Source: Escherichia coli
GTDB lineage: Bacteria; Pseudomonadota; Gammaproteobacteria; Enterobacterales; Enterobacteriaceae
Assembly: GCF_024223415.1 (NCBI RefSeq)
Contig: NZ_CP100500.1
Length of the DNA stretch: 64,000 nt
Strand: one strand, 5' to 3'
Part shown: positions 32,391-38,898 of the stretch, piece after piece
Layout: the number at the start of each line of letters is the position of its first letter
How positions within the stretch are numbered: position 1 is the first letter of the stretch
Made by a program: the position numbers and the translations under genes
The notes under the pieces: generated by a model
Databases searched by the model: none
What the model was told of the DNA's origin: nothing
What the model saw: only the letters and a program-made list of their open reading frames with translations

Positions 32391-32804
32391 TCAGATGGTT
32401 TTCAGTATGCGATCGATGTTGCCGTCATCGACCGGGTTTCTGCCATCGTATGCCATGCCAGCTGATACGGCTTTCGGGCTGTGCATGTCCATAAAGTTTT
32501 CAAAGGCTGAAGTAAGCTGTGGTGCAACCTTCGGGCGTTCCTGCTCTATGGTCATGCTAAGGATGCTTTTAGCCGTACCAACATCGATACAAGGCACGTT
32601 AGCCATTGCACGTAACAGCGGCTGGTAGTCGTCAGATTCATGAAGCGCCATAATCGCATCAGCGCGCTGCTTGTCCTGTTCTTCCAGTTTGTTTAGTCGG
32701 TGTATGGCCTCGTAGGTTGATAAACCTCTGTCAGCCATTGCCCGCGCTTCGGCTTTAAATTTACTCGCCAGCGGTAGCGTCATGATACTTTCATTCGTTG
32801 CCAT
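32391..32804 (-). CDS. Hypothetical 137-aa protein, last gene of the capsid operon (possible scaffold or size-determination factor)
   Basis: The ORF is tightly spaced after the decoration gene and has an acidic, helical-looking sequence. I do not recognise the family. Confidence 0.6.
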   Translation of the reverse strand: MATNESIMTLPLASKFKAEARAMADRGLSTYEAIHRLNKLEEQDKQRADAIMALHESDDYQPLLRAMANVPCIDVGTAKSILSMTIEQERPKVAPQLTSAFENFMDMHSPKAVSAGMAYDGRNPVDDGNIDRILKTI

Positions 32805-32816
32805 CGTTCCCCCTGC

Positions 32817-33152
32817 TTATCGGGCCAGCGGCTGAACGGATACGCCGGAACCCGCAAAGGCGGCGCATTTTTTCGCATCGGTGTCGACGCTGTCAGGCCA
32901 GTTAACGGCGGCAATATTGAATATCCCCGTTTTGTAACACTGTGCTGATTTCTGCTTTGACGTGTCCACGGGGTGCGAAGTCAGATAAACAGCTTTGCCA
33001 GATTCCTGACCATCCCACGCCTTAAACTCGCCATTGTCTGCCAGCATCAGCGGGGTAAATTCCTGAATAACGCCAGCATCAGCGGCAAAATGTACCAGCG
33101 TCGTGGATACCTGCTGGCTGCCTGCAAATAACTCAATATATGGAGCGTCCAT
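32817..33152 (-). CDS. Head decoration protein, lambda gpD family
   Basis: TPLMLADNGEFKAWDG and YKTGIFNIAAVNWP...KKCAAFAGSGVSV align with lambda gpD TPLMLDTSSRKLVAWDG and YKSGTFRYEDVLWP...KKRTAFAGTAISI. Confidence 0.85.
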   Translation of the reverse strand: MDAPYIELFAGSQQVSTTLVHFAADAGVIQEFTPLMLADNGEFKAWDGQESGKAVYLTSHPVDTSKQKSAQCYKTGIFNIAAVNWPDSVDTDAKKCAAFAGSGVSVQPLAR

Positions 33153-33163
33153 AGAATCCCCCG

Positions 33164-34219
33164 TTAAGCAATTTTGACGGTAACAAATTTGCGAATATCT
33201 GCCGGTACCGGCTGCGGTGCGCTGTGCGTCTGCACGTACTCAATCGCCGGATCGCCGTCCTCAATCCAGTTTTTCGGGTAGTACATGTTTTGCGTTGCGC
33301 CCGTTCTTACCGCTTCCTGATCCATAATCGCACCATATGCCACAAGCCCTTTATTGTTGGTGTTACCCAGGACAAGCAAATCAGGCTCAAGGAAATATTT
33401 TTCGGTGCCGTCGCTGTCAGTGTATTTGCCGGAATAGACGATAAGGGCCAGATCACCAAGATAGCCTTTAAAGCTCACCACTTCGCCCAGGTTTTTACAG
33501 GCCAGCTCGGCGGCGGATTCTGAGCCACGGTAAAGATCGTACAGTTCACGGAATTTTTTAAAGCTGCGTAATGTGCGCCATGCCTCACCGCCCATAATCA
33601 TGACGTTGGCGGGGCAACCTGCCTGATCAGCATAAAGCTCGATGTCATAGATTGGGTCGTGCATGTCTTTATCCTGCTGGGACCATTTTTTACCACTGGC
33701 CTGCTGTATGATGCAGTTTTCCGGTATTTTCCAGTCGATTTCATAGCGTTCTATGCCTTCGCCCTCAATGATGTTTTTTCCGGTCGTTACCGCATTCACC
33801 GCCAGCCATTCCACGCGCGCCTTAATGGCGTTTATCTGGCGGCGCATGTTGCCAGTAATCAGGCGCATACGGCGGTAAGTTGGATCGTTAAGCTGTGCCG
33901 GATCTTCTCCAGCCATGCGCATGATGGTCTTTGTTGGATCGATTTCGTGCTTTGGCTTCATGTAGCCTGGTTTAATCGTGCTGGTTTCGTACCCTTTATC
34001 GCGCTGGACCTGACTACCCACCATAGGAGAACAGAACGCTGACATCGTAACCTCTTCAATGTCCAGGGTGTCCAGCATGATGTTTTGGGTGTTGAAGGTC
34101 GCCACGTTCGGGAAAAACAGCGTGGTAAACAGCGGACTAAATTTAAATTCCGAAATATCCCCGCGATTCAGGTACGCGAAAAGCTGGTTAGTTGTAAGTG
34201 CCGTTGCTTTGCCTGTCAT
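33164..34219 (-). CDS. Major capsid protein, lambda gpE family
   Basis: FKFSPLFTTLFF, PGYMKPKHEIDP, DPTYRRMRLI, IVYSGKY and YPKNWIEDGDPAIEY align with lambda gpE FKFDPLFLRLFF, PGYVKPKHEVNP, DPAYRRRRII, VVYSGQY and YPKNWVTTGDPAREF. Confidence 0.9.
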   Translation of the reverse strand: MTGKATALTTNQLFAYLNRGDISEFKFSPLFTTLFFPNVATFNTQNIMLDTLDIEEVTMSAFCSPMVGSQVQRDKGYETSTIKPGYMKPKHEIDPTKTIMRMAGEDPAQLNDPTYRRMRLITGNMRRQINAIKARVEWLAVNAVTTGKNIIEGEGIERYEIDWKIPENCIIQQASGKKWSQQDKDMHDPIYDIELYADQAGCPANVMIMGGEAWRTLRSFKKFRELYDLYRGSESAAELACKNLGEVVSFKGYLGDLALIVYSGKYTDSDGTEKYFLEPDLLVLGNTNNKGLVAYGAIMDQEAVRTGATQNMYYPKNWIEDGDPAIEYVQTHSAPQPVPADIRKFVTVKIA

Positions 34220-34425
34220 TATTCACCTCCGTGAACCTGATTGATACCCAGCGCCGCACGTAAATAGGTACGCACCTGCCAGCCTGTTGACGGCTCAACC
34301 ATCGCCAGCGGATCAAGTCCTGCCGCAATGCCTGCTTTTACATTCTGCTGGTGGCGTTCCTTGAGCGCCTCCACGATGTCGGGGCTTATGTAGACCGTCA
34401 CCCCGCCTTTTTTCTCTTCTGCCAT
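34219..34425 (-). CDS. Hypothetical 68-aa protein, first gene of the capsid operon
   Basis: The RBS AGAGGAA precedes the ATG, and the stop overlaps the capsid gene start (ATGA coupling). Confidence 0.6.
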   Translation of the reverse strand: MAEEKKGGVTVYISPDIVEALKERHQQNVKAGIAAGLDPLAMVEPSTGWQVRTYLRAALGINQVHGGE

Positions 34426-34459
34426 AGTCAGAAATTCCTCTTTGACTTAAAAAATCATA

Positions 34460-34509
34460 ACTGGATGTTCATCCAGTCCTGATTATAATCATGATTGCAT
34501 TTTGCGCAA
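34460..34509 (-). promoter_or_regulatory. Candidate sigma70 promoter of the capsid operon with an overlapping palindromic operator
   Basis: The minus strand reads TTGCGC (34509-34504), a 16-nt spacer, then TATAAT (34487-34482). The inverted repeat ACTGGATG-aa-CATCCAGT (34477-34460) follows at about +1. Confidence 0.5.
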
Positions 34510-34592
34510 CAATATTGAGTTACGTTGCAAATTATGAAATGATTATCCCGATCATGTGTGCCAGTGCACCATAAAAAACCTCGTATACAAAA

Positions 34593-34630
34593 GCCCGATA
34601 AGCCCCCTGTGACCTTATCGGGCTTTTTTT
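34593..34630. terminator. Hairpin terminator upstream of the capsid promoter
   Basis: GCCCGATAAG-11 nt-CTTATCGGGC hairpin followed by TTTTTTT on the plus strand and by TTTTG on the minus strand. Confidence 0.6.
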
Positions 34631-34636
34631 AGGCGT

Positions 34637-34658
34637 AAAAAAGCCGGATTGCTCCGGC
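34637..34658 (-). terminator. Rho-independent terminator after the ProQ/FinO-like gene
   Basis: The minus strand reads GCCGGA-gcaa-TCCGGC followed by TTTTTT, 26 nt after the stop at 34684. Confidence 0.75.
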
Positions 34659-34683
34659 TTCGTCTCTTCATGTGGTCAGGGTT

Positions 34684-35278
34684 TTATGCTTTCCGTACGC
34701 CCGAGGAACTGGCATTTTTCAGAATAATATTATGCCCTGCTGGTGGCTTACCGTTATGCTTATTTTCTGCCTTCATGTTTCTGCGCTCCTGCTGTTTTTT
34801 CTTCATCTCATCCAGTCGCTTCCCCGCGTTCAACTGGTGCTCCTGTGTCACCTCCCCGCACGGATGGCCTTTCAGGTCGTAACGCACGCCACCAGCCATC
34901 AGGGAACGGTAATATCGCACTGAACTGACATAATACGCCAGCGTTGCGCGAAGCGCTCCCTGACCTAATGAAATACCTCTCGCAGTAATATCCTCCATCA
35001 GGTCATCAAATATGCCAACCTTAAGCGGTCTGGGCGATTCCTGGCTGAAAAGTTCAGGCCAGAGCGCGGCAAGGCGTTCAACGCGTCTGATATTTTTTTT
35101 CCGGCTCTTTTCTGATTTGCGTTTTGCTGCCGTCTTCTGTTGTGTTTTCTGCTCGCGGCTCTGCTTTTGCGCTGGTGTGGTTTTATCCGGCTGTTCAGCC
35201 TCCTGCGTCTTTTTCTGCGGTGTGCCGTATATGCCTTTTGGTTTTCGGTTAATGGTCAGCTTTGTCATGTTCTCCCCC
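34684..35278 (-). CDS. ProQ/FinO-domain RNA-binding protein with a lysine-rich N-terminal tail
   Basis: PRPLKVGIFDDL...LRATLAYYVSSVRYYRSL..GGVRYDLKGHPCGEVTQEH aligns with E. coli ProQ ARPLKIGIFQDL...LRSALRLYTSSWRYLYGV..GATRVDLDGNPCGELDEQH. The preferred start is MTKLTINRK at 35278, behind the RBS AGGGGGAG. The track ORF extends to 35364. Confidence 0.8.
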
Positions 35279-35347
35279 TTTGTGCTGTTCCACCAGCGGC
35301 ATCTGCTACCCCGTGTCGCTCCCGCTGGTGTCGTGTTTCCCCGCCTG

Positions 35348-35668
35348 TTAATAACCGTCATCATTTACGTTATCAGGGTAATCACGCCATATTTCATCAG
35401 TAAGCGACGGTAGCCCCATCTGTTGTATTGTCCTGTCTGCGGCCCTTCTGACTGCGTGAACATCATAACGGTTTTCAGGTATCGGGCGCTTTGCCTTCCT
35501 GATACATTCCCTTGCTCTCATTGCCGCAAGTTCTCTGTGCCTGTCTTCCTGAAGAGTAATCATCACATCCTGCCACCTTCTGGCAGCCCGTCGCCACAGT
35601 CCCCTGCTCTCGAGTTCTTCTGCTGTCGCGTCGCTTATTGTCCGGTTCTTCGGTGTGCTGTTGTTCAT
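35348..35668 (-). CDS. PerC-family (PerC/Pch-like) transcriptional regulator
   Basis: This is a 106-aa ORF. The N-terminal AEELESRGLWRRAARRW motif resembles the PerC signature. The call is made from memory of the family only. Confidence 0.55.
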   Translation of the reverse strand: MNNSTPKNRTISDATAEELESRGLWRRAARRWQDVMITLQEDRHRELAAMRARECIRKAKRPIPENRYDVHAVRRAADRTIQQMGLPSLTDEIWRDYPDNVNDDGY

Positions 35669-35685
35669 GTTGCTCCCCGCCTGAT

Positions 35686-36096
35686 TCAGAAGGGTATATC
35701 ATCTCCGTAGGGGTCATCGCCTCCCGCTGGTGGCTCATTCCCCTGTGTGCCTGTGGTTTTGCGTCTGTTCCCGCCATGACGTGCCGCACGCGCACTGATT
35801 ACGCTGTCTGCGATAACCTGCCAGCCCTGCCGCGTTTCCCCGTTCTGTCCGGTCCACTGGCTCACCTGCATGTTACCCGCCACGCTCAGGAGTTCACCTT
35901 TGCGGTGCTTTGCCAGTGCTTCGGCCTGTCTGCCAAACGCCAGCACAGATAACCACATCGTCGCCGTTCCGTCATCTGCCTGGCTGCACGGAAGGGGGAC
36001 CGCCATACTCGCCATCGCCATTTGTGTCCCCTTGCTGGTGGTCTTTAACTGCGGGTCAGCCACCAGCCGCCCGTAAGCCGCTATCTGTGCTGTCAT
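35686..36096 (-). CDS. ssb: Single-stranded DNA-binding protein
   Basis: It has an OB-fold N-terminus (GRLVADPQLKTTSKG...WLSVLAFGRQAE), a Gly/Pro-rich linker and the canonical acidic tip DDIPF. Confidence 0.85.
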   Translation of the reverse strand: MTAQIAAYGRLVADPQLKTTSKGTQMAMASMAVPLPCSQADDGTATMWLSVLAFGRQAEALAKHRKGELLSVAGNMQVSQWTGQNGETRQGWQVIADSVISARAARHGGNRRKTTGTQGNEPPAGGDDPYGDDIPF

Positions 36097-36344
36097 GCTG
36101 TATGCTCTCCGGTTTTAACGTTGATGGTTGTCACCTGTTCCGCTCCGGCAATCTCCCGTTCTGTCAGCGTGGCAAAATTTGCCGCTACCGTTGTCATGAA
36201 TGCGCTTATCAGTTCGGGATGTGCTTTCGCGTATCCTTCTCCCGCGTGGCGGTCTATCGTTCTGATTGCCACCTTTAAGGCGTGCTCTGTCATGTCTAAC
36301 GCTTTATATTTTGGCGCTGTCTTATCTCTGGTTTTTCTGTTCAT
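36093..36344 (-). CDS. Hypothetical protein (83 aa from MNRKTRDK)
   Basis: The track ORF is 36093..36374. Its first 10 codons are translated iteron repeats, so the start at 36344 is preferred. It overlaps the ssb start. Confidence 0.55.
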   Translation of the reverse strand: MNRKTRDKTAPKYKALDMTEHALKVAIRTIDRHAGEGYAKAHPELISAFMTTVAANFATLTEREIAGAEQVTTINVKTGEHTA

Positions 36345-36555
36345 TCCCCACCACTCCCCACTTTTGCTCCCCACTTTTTAAATTCCCCACTTGCTCCCCA
36401 CCTCGTTTTTTGAGTGAATCTAATGCTTTGTTTTTCATTGCGTTTTTTACTCCCCACTTTTTTGGATGTATACAGGTGGGAAAGTGGGGAATTATGTTTC
36501 AATTTTGTTAAATTCCCCACTCTCCCCACTTTTACTACCCACTTTTTACAGTGGG
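36345..36555. repeat. Iteron-type replication origin: about 13 copies of YCCCCAC(T) flanking an AT-rich spacer
   Basis: Direct copies are tccccac, ctccccact (x4), ttccccac (x2), tctccccact and tacccact. Inverted copies are gtggga, gtgggga and gtgggta. The AT-rich core is at 36411-36448. The region lies immediately 3' of the helicase gene. Confidence 0.7.
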
Positions 36556-37961
36556 TAAACATCATCCCCATCGACACAAATCACGCCGTCTTTTTCCAGC
36601 TTGGACAGCCAGCGCCGGAAGTGCTTCATCTCATACCCCAGCTTTTTCATATCGTCGCGGAGAAGGGCGATAGTGCATGGCTCTTTGTGTGCCGTCCGCG
36701 TTCTGATGCACTGCCATAGCGCGGTATGGTTTTCCGTCTTGTTGCCTGCCTCCTCGATGCGCTCCAGTTCAACGGGAGAGCGCGGCTTATCAACCACCAC
36801 CAGCGACGTGATTAACTCCCCGTCAGCGTCGGTAAAAAGCTCCACCACGCGTAAATCGTAGGCGGCCTCTTTCAGTTCCTCCGCGTCCTTCATTTTGGTG
36901 CAGGATATAACCAGGGCTTTACTGTCTGCACCTTCTCGGCGAATACGGTATTCAGCGTCCAGAGATGCACGAAATGCACTGGAACCACGCGCCCCCTTTG
37001 TTTCATCCTTGCCGGAATGGTGGACCACCAGCACCGTGGCCCCTGTGCGTCGTTTCAGGTCGTCACATCCACGGATAAACGCCCCCATATCCCGCGCGTC
37101 ATTTTCATCATTACCGCCAAAGCAACGCGCCAGCGTATCCAGAATAATCATGCGTACCGGTTTACCCGTTTCCCGTTCAACCTGGCGGGAAGCGATAACC
37201 ATTTCATCAACATCAAGCGGGGCTGCCGGAAAAATCGGGCGGTTTACCAGGTACAGATTTTTCACCCGTTCATCATTAACGATTTCCCATGCCTTGATAC
37301 GACGGGGGACACCAATGCCACCTTCACCGACAACATACATCACCGAACCATGCGCCACCCTGCGGCCTCCCCAGTGGCGCCCCGTGGCAACATGACACGC
37401 CCAGGAACACGCAAGGAATGATTTATAGGAACCGCTCGCACCGTATGTGCTGCACAATGAATTAGCCGGAATCACGCCCTTAACGACATAATCAAGCTGT
37501 GTGTCGTATCCTGCAGATCCAATGCTCATGGGTAGCGTGGTTTTTCGCTGGCTGTATTGCTCATCAGTAAGTATTTCCCCGCGCTCTGCCTGTTCGCGGA
37601 TCCGTTGCAGGTAGTCGCGCCATTCCTCCCGCTTCTGGCTGTGCATTCCCTCGGGGTAATAACTCGCATCCCGTATACCTGCCGCCGCCAGTTTTTGCCC
37701 GATGGCATTAATATTTGATGGCTTGATGTGGCCTGCCTTGTACAGCCGGACACAATAGCGACCATCGTCGATAATTTTCAGGTCTGCCAGTTCGTCAAGC
37801 TGACTGTCTCCCAGCCATACTGGCGGGACGTTATCGCCAGCAAGTCGCCCGTCCTGTTCCTGCCATTGTTTTGCGTGCGCCCAGGCATCACTACCTGCAA
37901 AAATAATGACTTCGGTCATTTTGTTGTGTGGCTGTTTTTTTAAGTTCGGTGCCAGTTTCAT
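36546..37961 (-). CDS. Replication initiator helicase (RecA-fold, RepA/DnaB-like AAA_25 type) with a C-terminal winged-helix domain
   Basis: This is a 471-aa ORF with a Walker A-like GASGSYKS, Walker B MIILDTLARCFGG and the motif VLVVHHSGKD. The start is coupled to the upstream gene (ATGA). Confidence 0.8.
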   Translation of the reverse strand: MKLAPNLKKQPHNKMTEVIIFAGSDAWAHAKQWQEQDGRLAGDNVPPVWLGDSQLDELADLKIIDDGRYCVRLYKAGHIKPSNINAIGQKLAAAGIRDASYYPEGMHSQKREEWRDYLQRIREQAERGEILTDEQYSQRKTTLPMSIGSAGYDTQLDYVVKGVIPANSLCSTYGASGSYKSFLACSWACHVATGRHWGGRRVAHGSVMYVVGEGGIGVPRRIKAWEIVNDERVKNLYLVNRPIFPAAPLDVDEMVIASRQVERETGKPVRMIILDTLARCFGGNDENDARDMGAFIRGCDDLKRRTGATVLVVHHSGKDETKGARGSSAFRASLDAEYRIRREGADSKALVISCTKMKDAEELKEAAYDLRVVELFTDADGELITSLVVVDKPRSPVELERIEEAGNKTENHTALWQCIRTRTAHKEPCTIALLRDDMKKLGYEMKHFRRWLSKLEKDGVICVDGDDVYPL

Positions 37962-38257
37962 TTTTTATCCCTGAATCCGTTAATCATGGTTTTCATCTTC
38001 TGAATATTGGCGCGTGCTTTCTCCCTGCTGGTTGGTTTACTGCGGGGCGCTGCCTGTACCAGAGAAAAATCACGCCGGAACTGATAAACAGGCATCACGC
38101 AGTCATATTCGTAGCCATCACGGCGGTAAGTGATGCGCCGTTCTGCCACGCCTTTAATCGTTACCGTACCGCCGTAGTTATCACGGAAAATATCGCCGGG
38201 ACGGATTTCAGGCCGAGCGGGGCCGCTGGCAGTAAAGCCAGAATTTTTCTTTTTCAT
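37958..38257 (-). CDS. Hypothetical 99-aa protein (possibly DUF4222-like)
   Basis: The ORF is coupled to the helicase gene, and small proteins of this type commonly precede satellite primase/helicase genes. The family assignment is only a recollection. Confidence 0.55.
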   Translation of the reverse strand: MKKKNSGFTASGPARPEIRPGDIFRDNYGGTVTIKGVAERRITYRRDGYEYDCVMPVYQFRRDFSLVQAAPRSKPTSREKARANIQKMKTMINGFRDKK

Positions 38258-38261
38258 GGTT

Positions 38262-38462
38262 TTATTTTCCTGTCAGTGATTCCGGCTTTATTCCGGCGCG
38301 AATACAGGCTTCAGAAAAAAAAGCCAGAGAACCAATAACCTCATTATTTCTAAGGCGGCATTGCGATTTCACTTTCCCTTTATCCAGGAATATCAAAACG
38401 CGCCCCGTATAATCAGATGGCACATTAAGCACTACAGGTAAGTGCGCTTCATGATTATTCAT
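38262..38462 (-). CDS. Hypothetical 66-aa protein
   Basis: The start MNNHEAHLPV at 38462 lies behind the RBS CAGGAGGTGG and overlaps the upstream stop (ATGAATAA). The track ORF extends to 38531. Confidence 0.6.
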   Translation of the reverse strand: MNNHEAHLPVVLNVPSDYTGRVLIFLDKGKVKSQCRLRNNEVIGSLAFFSEACIRAGIKPESLTGK

Positions 38463-38898
38463 GGCTAACCACCTCCTGGAATTTTCTTCTGTAACGCGCC
38501 TCTGCCACATATTCAGCATAGTCCGACGCAATATTGAGAATATCGCTACCCGTTCCTGAATGTTCGGCGGTTTCCAGTAAAAAACATGCAGCTTTTACCA
38601 TGTCAGCAACACATAACAGCGCAATATCTGTATCTTCCGGTGTGCCATCAAATTCCTGTTTCAGGGCATTAAAACGATCATCACGCATAACCCCATATTC
38701 ACAATCAGCAATCAGGATGGCTTTGGCCTCATTCAGTGCCATATCAGCGGTAAGCTGTGCGTAGGCCAGCAAATGCGGGATTATTGCCCCTGTATATTCC
38801 GGCTCTCTGATAATGTGGTCGGATGTGTTGATTAAATAGTTTGTGCGAAAAATGCACCTGTAACCATCAGTTAACAACGGATATACAGGGGGGACCAT
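38455..38898 (-). CDS. Hypothetical protein (about 147 aa if started at MVPPVY; the true start is uncertain)
   Basis: The C-terminal ~130 aa have protein-like composition (..ALNEAKAILIADCEYGVMRDDRFNALKQEFDGTPEDTDIALLCVADMVKAACFLLETAEH..) and the stop is coupled to the next gene. No strong RBS precedes 38898. Confidence 0.5.
   Translation of the reverse strand: MVPPVYPLLTDGYRCIFRTNYLINTSDHIIREPEYTGAIIPHLLAYAQLTADMALNEAKAILIADCEYGVMRDDRFNALKQEFDGTPEDTDIALLCVADMVKAACFLLETAEHSGTGSDILNIASDYAEYVAEARYRRKFQEVVSHE

Noticed and set aside
34481-34490. GATTATAATC palindrome, which also offers a TATAAT -10 on the plus strand (a possible divergent promoter)
   Set aside because: No acceptable -35 lies at 16-18 bp on the plus strand, and nothing coding lies downstream before the hairpin at 34593. 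The minus-strand reading has a TTGCGC -35 at 16 bp and the capsid operon downstream.
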